A stretch of DNA of 64,000 bases from an uncultured Lachnospiraceae bacterium (lineage in GTDB: Bacteria > Bacillota > Clostridia > Lachnospirales > Lachnospiraceae), in assembly GCA_947626795.1 (NCBI GenBank), contig CANQTH010000001.1:37554-101553 (forward strand), read 5' to 3'. How positions within the stretch are numbered: the stretch's first letter is position 1; every line of letters starts with the position of its first letter. Shown here one piece after another: positions 55,463 to 64,000 of this stretch. A program made the position numbers and the translations under genes. The notes beneath the pieces are model-generated. The model saw only the letters and a program-made list of their open reading frames with translations. It made no database searches and was not told the DNA's origin.

Positions 55463-56902
55463 TTAGAACCGTTTGCGCCGTTTTTTCTTGATCTTGATCT
55501 CCTTGAAGTTCATCCTGCGCTGCTTCCTGCATTCAAGTTTATACTTGATCAGGTAAAAGTTGTCGATAAAACGGTAGATTCCAAATCCGATCGCTGCCAA
55601 GAGGATCAGGGCCGCCGCCCCGATCGCGATATATTTCAGATTGATCCGGACCACTTTGTCTTCCTGCGCGCCTGTCTCCTGCCCATCCGTCTGCGCGCCC
55701 GTCTCCTGCGCGTCCGCCTGTCCTTTTTCTCCCTCTTTTCCTTCTTCGCCCGTCTTTTCCTTCTTGTGGAACTTGAACTCAGGAGCTTTCGCCCCCGTGA
55801 TCTCGATGTCCGCCGAGCCGACGTCCCGGCCCGCGTAACGGTACTGGATGCTGCCTATGACGTCTTTCGAGGAATTGTCCTCCACCACCTTCGAAGAAGC
55901 GTCCGTAAACGCCGCCGCCTTCGGCAGGACAATGGAACTGTTCTTGTTTAACTCGGCAAACGATTCCTCGCTTTCAAAAATCTTATTCTCATCGATCTGC
56001 TGCTCGTAATTTTTCTCATTCTCGCTGATATTCCACAACTGGAAATTTTCAAAGCAATAATCGAATAACGTCCTCGTGTCCAAATAGTGGTTCGGCGTCT
56101 CCTCCTTCATCACGACGCAGATCAGCGTCATCCCGTCCTTTTCCGCGAACGTGACAAGCGTGCTCCGCGCCGCGTTCGTATATCCCGTTTTCCCGCCGAT
56201 GCAGTAATCATACAGGTAAGCCTTATCGTCCCGATAGGGATTCAGCATCTTATGGTGGTTGACAAGGTATGTCTCCTCGGAATGCTTGTTCGTAGGGGGG
56301 ATCGTATACCGCTTCGTACCGACGACCATGCGGAATATGTCGTTCTTCAAGGCTTCCTTTGAGATCAGCGCCATGTCGTAAGCGCTTGTCCAATGCTCTT
56401 CATCCGGCAGCCCGTTCGGGTTATTGAAATGCGTGTCCTTGCATCCCAATTCCTTCGCCTTTTTATTCATCATATTGATGAAATCGCCGTACGTCCCGCC
56501 CGTATGTTCCGCGATCGCATATGCGCATTCATTGGCGGATTCCAACATCATCCCGTAAAGGCATTCCTCCATCGTCATGACTTCGCCGACGTCCCTGGAG
56601 ATGCCCGAGCCTTCCGTCTTATAGACCGCGTCGCTGGAAAACGTCACGTTCTCATCCAGCTTGCTGTTCTCCAGAGCCAGGAGGATCGTCATGATCTTGG
56701 TAATGCTCGCAGGATAAGAGTGTTCATGGGAATTTTTCTCATATAATACCGTCCCTGTGGAGGCTTCCATCACGACCGCGGACTCGCCTATGATCGTAGG
56801 CCCTTCCGGCCAGTATTCTTCCGCCCGCACTGATAAGCTGTTCCCCTGCAGGAGAAATGAGATTCCCACCAGGAAACATATCCATTTTTTTCTCTTCCTC
56901 AT
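55463..56902 (-). CDS. D-alanyl-D-alanine carboxypeptidase (S11) with C-terminal TM
   Basis: PASITK, SAN, NPNGL, GGKTG. Confidence 0.92.
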   Translation of the reverse strand: MRKRKKWICFLVGISFLLQGNSLSVRAEEYWPEGPTIIGESAVVMEASTGTVLYEKNSHEHSYPASITKIMTILLALENSKLDENVTFSSDAVYKTEGSGISRDVGEVMTMEECLYGMMLESANECAYAIAEHTGGTYGDFINMMNKKAKELGCKDTHFNNPNGLPDEEHWTSAYDMALISKEALKNDIFRMVVGTKRYTIPPTNKHSEETYLVNHHKMLNPYRDDKAYLYDYCIGGKTGYTNAARSTLVTFAEKDGMTLICVVMKEETPNHYLDTRTLFDYCFENFQLWNISENEKNYEQQIDENKIFESEESFAELNKNSSIVLPKAAAFTDASSKVVEDNSSKDVIGSIQYRYAGRDVGSADIEITGAKAPEFKFHKKEKTGEEGKEGEKGQADAQETGAQTDGQETGAQEDKVVRINLKYIAIGAAALILLAAIGFGIYRFIDNFYLIKYKLECRKQRRMNFKEIKIKKKRRKRF

Positions 56903-57135
56903 CAATCTTCTCCTTACCGCGTCTTTCGTACTGTTCCGATAGTTGAGCTATTACTATTTTTTACAAATATATTACGTTTAGTATATCATAATTTTTCTTC
57001 CTTTTCTACGTATTTTATTATATAATTACCATAATGGTAATCATATTCTTACGCATCCAGACAGTAAAGTGTCTGAATACTGTGTGAACAACAACGTAAT
57101 AGTCCAGCCTTTCGGCTTAACATATGGAGGCGTTT

Positions 57136-57777
57136 ATGAGATTACGGAACATTCCAGGCTCACGGGAAGCGATCGCGTCCAGCCAGTGGTGCGTCCAGGA
57201 ACCGGAGCTGCAAAAAGGCCGTTGGCGCTCATTTTTCGGAAATGACAATCCCATCCAGATTGAAATCGGCATGGGGAAAGGCAAGTTTCTTTTGGAACTC
57301 GCAAAAAGAAATCCGGATGTCAATTATCTTGGGATTGAGAAATATTCCAGCGTGCTTCTGCGCGCGCTTCAGAAAATAGAGGAAGAACCTCTGCCGAACG
57401 TCCGCTTCATCCGCATGGAGGCGGAATCTCTCTGCGACGTCTTTGGGGAAGGGGAGATTGCAAAGATTTATCTCAACTTTTCCGATCCCTGGCCAAAAGA
57501 CCGCCACGCCAAACGCCGCCTGACTTCGCGCCAGTTTTTTTTGCGCTATGACATCATCCTGGCGGAAAACGGGACGGTGGAATTTAAGACGGACAACAAA
57601 GATCTGTTCGCCTTCTCTTTAGAAGAGATAAAAGAAGCGGGATGGGACTTGGACGACTTCACCTGGGACCTGCACCATGACGACGCGAGGAACGCCAAAA
57701 ATATCACGACAGAATATGAGGAACGTTTTTCCTCCATGGGCAACCCAATCTGCAAGCTGACTGCTTCCCGGTCATGA
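57136..57777 (+). CDS. trmB: tRNA (guanine-N7)-methyltransferase
   Basis: EIGMGKG, FSDPWPKDRHAKRRL, FKTDN, TEYE. Confidence 0.95.
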   Translation: MRLRNIPGSREAIASSQWCVQEPELQKGRWRSFFGNDNPIQIEIGMGKGKFLLELAKRNPDVNYLGIEKYSSVLLRALQKIEEEPLPNVRFIRMEAESLCDVFGEGEIAKIYLNFSDPWPKDRHAKRRLTSRQFFLRYDIILAENGTVEFKTDNKDLFAFSLEEIKEAGWDLDDFTWDLHHDDARNAKNITTEYEERFSSMGNPICKLTASRS

Positions 57778-57934
57778 AAATTATCACAGAATATGAGGAA
57801 CGTTTTTCCTCCATGGGCAACACGATCTGCAAGCTGACTGCTTCCCGGTCATGAAAACCATGATAGAATATGAGGAACGTTTTTCCTCCATGGGCAATCT
57901 GATCTGCAAGCTGTCCGCTTCCCGGTCATGAAAA
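57711..57934. repeat. Three 70-bp copies (period 77) of the trmB 3' end
   Basis: AGAATATGAGGAACG...CCCGGTCATGAAAA at 57711, 57788 and 57865. Confidence 0.92.
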
Positions 57935-58008
57935 CTTGACACGCGCGCCTGCCGTTTCTTCCCGCAGATAACGGGAGAAAGCGCAGGCGCGCGAATTATT
58001 TTACGCGA

Positions 58009-59640
58009 TCATTTTATCTCGTCCACCCTTACCGGGTCGTCCCCTTCTTCATAAGAAATCTGTATCCTGTCGCCCGTATTGTATTTTATGATATCCAAAA
58101 GATCTGTATTTGAGAGATCGACGTCGAAGATCTCTTCCCGCCCTTCTATAGAGAAATAGATGTGGGAAGTCCCTTCTATGTTGACCGGCATCATATTCTG
58201 GATCGTCCCGGAAGCGTCCTTCCTCTCCTCGCTGGCTGTCCCTGTGATCCCATTCGTCTTCAAAAGCTGGCTGTACGCCTTCTCGCATTCCCGGATAGAA
58301 TCCCCCGTCGCGACCCACTGGTATTTCTGGATATTCACCATGGCGTACATTTTGACCAGGCCCGCGCCGTCCTTCAACGCCATAAAATACGTAGGCTCTC
58401 CTGATATATTCAAAAGCAGCGGGAACGTCGCCTCATAACCTAAGTTCTGCACCTGTCCTTCCGCGGAAGACATCGCGGACCCTTCCGTCGCCCCCTCGAT
58501 CTTATAAAAACGCGTTTCCATCGTGCGCTGGTTCATCAGCACGAATCCGACGTTCGACTGATCGCCGCTGACGCTCGTCACGCCGGAATATACCCAAATG
58601 TCGTCGTCCAGCGCAATATAATTGTACCCATCGGTCGTCTGCAGGCAGTCCTTCTGCCCTAAGATGCTGTTGAAAAACCCATGCTTCAAGACCCCGTTAT
58701 AATCATAAAGTCCCGTAAGAAGCTCAGCCTGATACACCTTATCCACCCATTGCGGAACATCTTTAATGTCGTAATTCGTGCATTCCCCCGTGACGGCGTT
58801 GCAGATCACGACGTTTCCTATCGTCTCCCCGCCGAAAAGCCCGATGTTGAATTTCTTTACCGGACAGATCCAATAAGGCGTCCCTTCCTCGTCAATCTCG
58901 AAGAAAATCTGATCCGCGAAAATGAAAGTCGGGTAATTGAACCGAAGATGACGGTAAATATTCCTGTTTAAATATTCAAAAGGAGAATATTTGATTCCTT
59001 CTTTCAGCTTCACGCATTCCGTGTCCTGCGTCGCCATGTCGATCTTGATATACGCCGGAATCCCTTCCCTCTGATTTGTCAGCCATTTAATCGGGCTTGC
59101 ATAGACCAATGGAGATACGCGGACGGGTCTGTTATTCAGGTTGATCTGGCTGTAATCCTCCGATACCTCGAACTGGGAAACCATATCGACCATGCTCCCC
59201 ATCTTGCGGTCGCCCAAGAGCGCCGCGGAATCCTTATCCAAAAGAGGGATCGTATTGTAATCCACCTGAGAGATATCGCTTACGAAATCGCGCTCTTCCA
59301 CATTCATAAGACCCTGGTATTTTTTCGCATTGATGATCGGGGACGACAAAAGCGAGCCGATCACTAATATCACGAAAAGCACGGCTGCCGCGCCAAATCC
59401 TATCTTCGCGAGGATGCTCGACTTCACGCAGTCAGCGACCCGGTCCCGATATCCCATCTTCCTGTCTTTCAGAAATTTTCGGAAAGCGGCCGCCGCTCCG
59501 ACAAATAATACCGCCCCGATCAAAAACCACCATGTCCCCAGGGAATGGATGTTAAATGCCGGGATCGTGATATAATAATACAGGAAAGCCAAAATAGCTG
59601 CCAAAACGATGATCACGATGTTCATTTTTGCTTTTTTCAT
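58009..59640 (-). CDS. Conserved membrane-anchored protein of unknown function
   Basis: N-terminal TM helices and a large soluble domain; AGGAG RBS. Confidence 0.7.
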   Translation of the reverse strand: MKKAKMNIVIIVLAAILAFLYYYITIPAFNIHSLGTWWFLIGAVLFVGAAAAFRKFLKDRKMGYRDRVADCVKSSILAKIGFGAAAVLFVILVIGSLLSSPIINAKKYQGLMNVEERDFVSDISQVDYNTIPLLDKDSAALLGDRKMGSMVDMVSQFEVSEDYSQINLNNRPVRVSPLVYASPIKWLTNQREGIPAYIKIDMATQDTECVKLKEGIKYSPFEYLNRNIYRHLRFNYPTFIFADQIFFEIDEEGTPYWICPVKKFNIGLFGGETIGNVVICNAVTGECTNYDIKDVPQWVDKVYQAELLTGLYDYNGVLKHGFFNSILGQKDCLQTTDGYNYIALDDDIWVYSGVTSVSGDQSNVGFVLMNQRTMETRFYKIEGATEGSAMSSAEGQVQNLGYEATFPLLLNISGEPTYFMALKDGAGLVKMYAMVNIQKYQWVATGDSIRECEKAYSQLLKTNGITGTASEERKDASGTIQNMMPVNIEGTSHIYFSIEGREEIFDVDLSNTDLLDIIKYNTGDRIQISYEEGDDPVRVDEIK

Positions 59641-59711
59641 AGTATTTCTCCTTTGTCTGTTTTTTTTCTTTTCCAGTTCTAAAAAAAATATAAAAAAAAT
59701 TAAAAAAGTCC

Positions 59712-59740
59712 TTGCAATTTTAAAATATATATTATATAAT
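59712..59740 (+). promoter_or_regulatory. sigma-A promoter of tRNA-Lys
   Basis: TTGCAA-17-TATAAT. Confidence 0.7.
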
Positions 59741-59779
59741 AAGTTTCGTCTTGAAGAGACAATAAAAAATATATCGTTT

Positions 59780-59852
59780 GCGCTTCTAGCTCAGTTGGAA
59801 GAGCACCTGACTCTTAATCAGGGTGTCCAGGGTTCGAGCCCCTGGAGGCGCA
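59780..59852 (+). tRNA. tRNA-Lys(CTT)
   Basis: Anticodon arm CCTGA-CTCTTAA-TCAGG; GGTTCGAGCC T-arm. Confidence 0.95.
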
Positions 59853-59904
59853 TGTAAAGCACTGTTTTTGATGACTGTGAGCATTGGGAACGGTGTTTTT
59901 TTTG

Positions 59905-60039
59905 TCATTTTTTCGGCTCGTTCAAAATCTTGTTGATTTCCCGCATAGATTGTTCGATCTCGCTCATCTTTTTCGCAAAAGAAGGCTTTTTATAACAAAA
60001 TTCCGCCAGCTTCTGCTTCATGGATTTTCGGTTTTTCAT
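59905..60039 (-). CDS. Possible 44-aa basic small protein
   Basis: MKNRKSMKQKLAEFCYKKPSF...EPKK; open frame only, no clear RBS. Confidence 0.25.
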   Translation of the reverse strand: MKNRKSMKQKLAEFCYKKPSFAKKMSEIEQSMREINKILNEPKK

Positions 60040-60356
60040 ATTATATTCAAGATCCCTGTTCCTTTTCTTTCCTATTATATGCCCTTAAGCTTTTCTTGAT
60101 ACAAAAACCGAATTATGATCAGACGGGAAACGGCTTCCATTTCTATAAGTGATAAGTAACAAGCTCGTATCTGTGGCGTGATCCAATCCTCTGTCTGATC
60201 AACGCTCCGCGAAGGCGCGTGTACTACTGGCACACGTCTGACGCCAACGCGAACGTGAAGATCCTTGTCTATCTGATAAACATATCATATGCCATCGGCA
60301 CACGTCTGGCGCCGACCGAAACGGAATGCAGGGCGGAAAGTTTAGACGGCCGCATT

Positions 60357-62309
60357 TCACATATTTGCGATCAACGCCGCGATGTCCTCCGGACTCATCA
60401 TCTTGTTTGGATCGGACAGATCCGGCATCGGCGGTTTTTCCTCTTCCACGATCGGCTCTGCTTTCTCAGGCAGGTCTTCCAGCATCACATTCGAGATCAG
60501 GGCTGCGATATCCTCCGGACTCATCATTTTCCCCGGGTCGGACAGATCCGGCATCGGCGGCTTCTCCGCCTGCTGCCCGCCGCCTGCGAAAGATGTATCC
60601 GGCGTCACACCGTCTTTTTTCGCTGCAGCAGGCTCATTCGCCGAAACGCCGTCCGGCAAAGTATCCACGATCACAGCGTCATCATCCGGCAAAGTATCTA
60701 CAATTACAGTATCATCATCCGGCAAAGTATCCACGACCACTGTGTCTTCATCAGGCAAGGTGTCCACGACCACTGTATCTTCATCCGGCAAGGTATCTAC
60801 AACCACTGTGTCTTCATCAGGCAAGGTGTCCACGACCACTGTGTCTTCATCCGGCAAGGTATCCACGACCACTGTATCTTCATCCGGCAAGGTATCCACA
60901 AACATATCATCATCCGACAAAGTATCTACCGTTACCGCATCTGCTGTCGCTTCTTCCGTGCTTGCCAGCAACGCCGCTATATCCTCTGGCGTCATCATCT
61001 TATTTGGATCGGACAGATCTGGCTTTGATGATTCCGCCTTCTTTGCTGGCTCTTCCTTTACTGGCTCTTCCTTCGGTTCTTCTGCTGTCTCTTCTTCCGT
61101 GCTTGCCAGCAACGCCGCTATATCCTCCGGCGTCATCATTTTGTTTGGATCAGACAGATCTGGCTTTGATGATTCTGTCTCCTTTGTTGGTTCTTCTTTG
61201 ATTGGCTCTTCCTTCGGTTCTTCTGCTGTCGCTTCTTCCGTGCTTGCCAGCAACGCCGCTATATCTTCCGGCGTCATCATTTTGTTTGGATCAGACAGAT
61301 CTGGTTTTGGTGATTCCGCCTTCTTTGCTGGCTCTTCCTTTACTGGCTCTTCCTTCGGTTCTTCTGCTGTTGCTTCCTCTGTGCTTGCCAGCAACGCCGC
61401 TATGTCTTCCGGCGTCATCATCTTATTTGGATCAGACAGATCTGGTTTTGGTGATTCCGCCTTCTTTGCTGGTTCTTCCTTTGGAGATTCTTCTACAGTC
61501 TCTTCAAATGAAATATCTTCCATCAGGGAATCTTCAACTGATGTTTCCGCAACTGGGCGGCTTGTTTCAATTGCCGCTTCCGCAACTGGGCGGCTTGCCG
61601 TTTCCGACGCCAGCCGCTTTGCTTCCCGCTTCAGCTCTTCTCGTGTTTCCTGGATTCCTTCCGTTATCGTATGGTTTTCTTCCTTAATTAAGTCCTCCAA
61701 TCCTAAAAGCTTGTTCAGAAGTTCTTTCTCTCCCTCTTCCAGGCTATGGAACTCCGTCCCATAATCATCCCCGCCGCCCATCTGCGCCAGGATTTCTTCC
61801 TTCATTTCGGCAATGGCCTTTTGAAATTCATCCATGCGGGTCAGCAATTTATCATTTGAGTTCATCAGTGCTTCGGTATTTTCCTTGCTGCGCCCAACGG
61901 TGACTTTCGAGACTTTTTTATAACTTTCCATCAGGCTGTTAAACATAGAAGCTATTTTTTTCTGGTTCAAATTGCTTCTCTTTTCCAACGGCATGATCAT
62001 CTGGCCGATAAAATTCATTTTGTCGTCCAGTTCTTTTATTTTTTTCTGGTTGCTGGCGTAAGTCGATTTTCCCAGCTTCGCGAGATTCTCATACTGTTCG
62101 TCCCGGAAGGCGTTTTCCGCCTCGGCCCACTGCAGCCATCGGTTCAAGGCCATCACGCTGCAGACCAGCGTTACCAGCGCGGCCGCCGCCAGTGCAAGGT
62201 ATAGCTCCGGCATATGAATGATCATATAAATATCTGATAAAATCACAAATAATAGGATAACTGAAATTAAGACTGGTTTTTTCTTTTGCGGTTGATTTTC
62301 TCTCATCAT
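60357..62309 (-). CDS. Membrane-anchored coiled-coil/acidic repeat protein
   Basis: Two N-terminal TMs; six PDLSDP[N/G]KMM[T/S]PEDIAAL motifs (four at 141-bp period); 8-9 DTLPD units at 33-bp period. Confidence 0.8.
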   Translation of the reverse strand: MMRENQPQKKKPVLISVILLFVILSDIYMIIHMPELYLALAAAALVTLVCSVMALNRWLQWAEAENAFRDEQYENLAKLGKSTYASNQKKIKELDDKMNFIGQMIMPLEKRSNLNQKKIASMFNSLMESYKKVSKVTVGRSKENTEALMNSNDKLLTRMDEFQKAIAEMKEEILAQMGGGDDYGTEFHSLEEGEKELLNKLLGLEDLIKEENHTITEGIQETREELKREAKRLASETASRPVAEAAIETSRPVAETSVEDSLMEDISFEETVEESPKEEPAKKAESPKPDLSDPNKMMTPEDIAALLASTEEATAEEPKEEPVKEEPAKKAESPKPDLSDPNKMMTPEDIAALLASTEEATAEEPKEEPIKEEPTKETESSKPDLSDPNKMMTPEDIAALLASTEEETAEEPKEEPVKEEPAKKAESSKPDLSDPNKMMTPEDIAALLASTEEATADAVTVDTLSDDDMFVDTLPDEDTVVVDTLPDEDTVVVDTLPDEDTVVVDTLPDEDTVVVDTLPDEDTVVVDTLPDDDTVIVDTLPDDDAVIVDTLPDGVSANEPAAAKKDGVTPDTSFAGGGQQAEKPPMPDLSDPGKMMSPEDIAALISNVMLEDLPEKAEPIVEEEKPPMPDLSDPNKMMSPEDIAALIANM

Positions 62310-62546
62310 GTTCTCCTTTATACCATTGAGGCATTTTTAACTTGCCTGATCTTACGCCTTCGTCACAGGCCTGCAAAACATTCTGCTTTTTCAGGCATCT
62401 TCTGATGAAACTTTACATTTCTTGTTTTCTATTGTACCAAATCTTTCATCTTTTTACCATACAAATTTTTCAGAAAATAAACACGCCGAAAACCTTGAAA
62501 TATCAATGTTTTCGGCGATATGCTTAATATAATAAGAAGATTTCTG

Positions 62547-62729
62547 TTATTTAACTATAAATTCCTCTGCTTCTGTATCAGTAAGTGGTCTGCCTAATTC
62601 TTTTGCAAGTTCAATCATTTTACGCCATTCATACTGTTTACCATCAGACGGCTCTGTTAATCTGCTGTCTTTTGCATAATAAGCAATATCATGTGTATGC
62701 TCTGTCGCTTTTTCAACCATCGCCAACAT
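62547..62729 (-). CDS. Small protein (60 aa), putative antitoxin partner
   Basis: Closely coupled downstream of the GNAT-like gene (GGTGGTGAT RBS spans its stop). Confidence 0.55.
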   Translation of the reverse strand: MLAMVEKATEHTHDIAYYAKDSRLTEPSDGKQYEWRKMIELAKELGRPLTDTEAEEFIVK

Positions 62730-62737
62730 ATCACCAC

Positions 62738-63235
62738 CTACTTTCTCATATATTTGTCTAGTAATATCCTTGCAGCATTTTCATCAATATACATTCTTCT
62801 GTCACGAAATACCTCTGCATTCAGCTTTTCTTTATAATACTCCACCAAATCACTTTTTGCCGTAAACGCAACAAAACCATCACAACCGGCATCAAAGCTT
62901 ACCTGACAGGCAATTGCAAATAAATGTGCGCCAACTCCTTCATATCTTCCTGTGTGGCTGTAATTATGCGGCGCAGTTTCTACAATATCCACATCAGCTA
63001 CTCCGCCGTTAATTTTCAACGAAACCCTGCCCTGAACCGTATCGTCACCTTTCAAGAACAGTTCATATATATCATACCCGTTTTTCTCTGTGATACTCCA
63101 GTTAAATTTCCATCCTTTATAATCTTTCGGTTTTATCGGAGTTTCTCGCATCCGATATTCCGTTTCCACTTTCTCACCAGTATTTGTATCTATCAGGCAG
63201 TCTGTAATCTTGTCAATTAAAATATCAACTTCCAT
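62738..63235 (-). CDS. GNAT-fold protein, putative toxin
   Basis: VDIVETAPHN..YEGVGAHLFAIACQVS..GFVAFTAK..LVEYY resembles GNAT motifs A and B. Confidence 0.6.
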   Translation of the reverse strand: MEVDILIDKITDCLIDTNTGEKVETEYRMRETPIKPKDYKGWKFNWSITEKNGYDIYELFLKGDDTVQGRVSLKINGGVADVDIVETAPHNYSHTGRYEGVGAHLFAIACQVSFDAGCDGFVAFTAKSDLVEYYKEKLNAEVFRDRRMYIDENAARILLDKYMRK

Positions 63236-63347
63236 CTTATATATATATCTCCTCTATTCTTTTTTATTTTATCATATTTTGTTGCAAAATGCTACTAAAA
63301 ACACGCCGAAAACCTTGAAATATCAATGTTTTCGGCGTTACGTCTGA

Positions 63348-63421
63348 CGTCGCTAAGAGGATTTGAACCTCCGGCCTACCGCTTAGGAGGCGGTCGCTCT
63401 ATCCAACTGAGCTATAGCGAC
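63348..63421 (-). tRNA. tRNA-Arg(CCT)
   Basis: Reverse complement gives acceptor GTCGCTA/TAGCGAC and anticodon arm ACCGC-CTCCTAA-GCGGT. Confidence 0.95.
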
Positions 63422-63523
63422 ATTTGGAAATCGCTATGCAACTTCCAACGGGCTTTATTATAACATTTTTTTCTAAAGGATACAACTGTTTTATTCTTAA
63501 ATTTCAATTTTTTTGTGAGTTTT

Positions 63524-64000
63524 TTATAAGCTGTAATGAACCTGCCCCTGCATCCAGATCGTCCCCTTGAATCTCCGACCCACCGCAGGCTCGCCGATCA
63601 GATCCTCCTGATTGATGCAGACGTCAAAGATCATGTTGTTGCTGTTCAACGTCAGGATGCAGCATTTTTCCTTTGTGTCCCGGTTCTCCACGATGAAATA
63701 ATCCAGGATTTCCCCCATGATGCTGTATTGGTCGCTCTCAATCCCGTAAGGCATGAAATACGTATCAACGACGGAGAGAATGTCTTCCGTCAAAACCCGT
63801 TTTGACACCATGCTGTAAGTATCGATGTCTTCCAACGTCAAGCTCTCCATCGCCTCTTCGTCGCCTTCCCTGGCGGCCGCGATCAAATGATTGCGGTTAT
63901 TCTTATACTGTTCCCCGCTCTTTATCTGGGACTCATTCTTATAAATCGGAAGCACGATCTTCCCTTCTAAAGACAGCGCGGACACCGTCGTGTTCACCTG
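63524..64000 (-). CDS. DUF3881-like protein, 3' part (starts beyond window)
   Basis: AAREGDEEAMESLT..FMPYGIESD..GEPAVGRRFKG. Confidence 0.65.
   Translation of the reverse strand, partial: QVNTTVSALSLEGKIVLPIYKNESQIKSGEQYKNNRNHLIAAAREGDEEAMESLTLEDIDTYSMVSKRVLTEDILSVVDTYFMPYGIESDQYSIMGEILDYFIVENRDTKEKCCILTLNSNNMIFDVCINQEDLIGEPAVGRRFKGTIWMQGQVHYSL

Larger units (their letters stand above)
62479..63337. mobile_element. Two-gene AT-rich module between 39-bp direct repeats next to tRNA-Arg
   Basis: AAACACGCCGAAAACCTTGAAATATCAATGTTTTCGGCG at 62479-62517 and 63299-63337. Confidence 0.7.

Noticed and set aside
57711-57934. CRISPR array or DGR template/variable repeats
   Set aside because: Units are copies of the trmB coding end; differences are not adenine-specific and there is no reverse transcriptase in the window.

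Overview
GC-rich Clostridia DNA, most likely Lachnospiraceae (spore-former: spmA/spmB). Housekeeping backbone: ddl, hpf, greA, fdx, dnaB-rplI-gdpP, mntP, spmAB, alsT, dac, trmB and three tRNAs. Accessory blocks: (1) an AT-rich, decayed island at tRNA-Pro with two identical Rpn-like PD-(D/E)xK genes; (2) 11.4-36.3 kb, a Gram-positive pel-like exopolysaccharide locus (pelD-E-?-A(DA)-F-G plus glycosyltransferases, DUF4832 paralogues, Stealth, flippase); (3) a diol-dehydratase-like glycyl-radical enzyme and activase divergent from a sulfonate-type ABC importer; (4) a defence/TA hotspot (IS5-captured xre-hipA inside a split DUF1016 gene, RloAB/AbiL-like pair, AbiE-like pair, GNAT module at tRNA-Arg). 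Best candidate for an undescribed system: the pel locus is bracketed by an S26 peptidase + PqqD/RRE + NTP_transf_5 nucleotidyltransferase + ABC exporter cassette. It has no lasso cyclase or radical SAM enzyme. Its only evident substrate is a 149-aa beta-rich protein with a lasso-type YEKP leader, suggesting RRE-guided export/maturation of a folded protein rather than of a peptide. A second pattern: the last 15-70 nt of many genes, stop codon included, are tandemly re-copied downstream. All calls come from reading motifs by eye; no database search was run.
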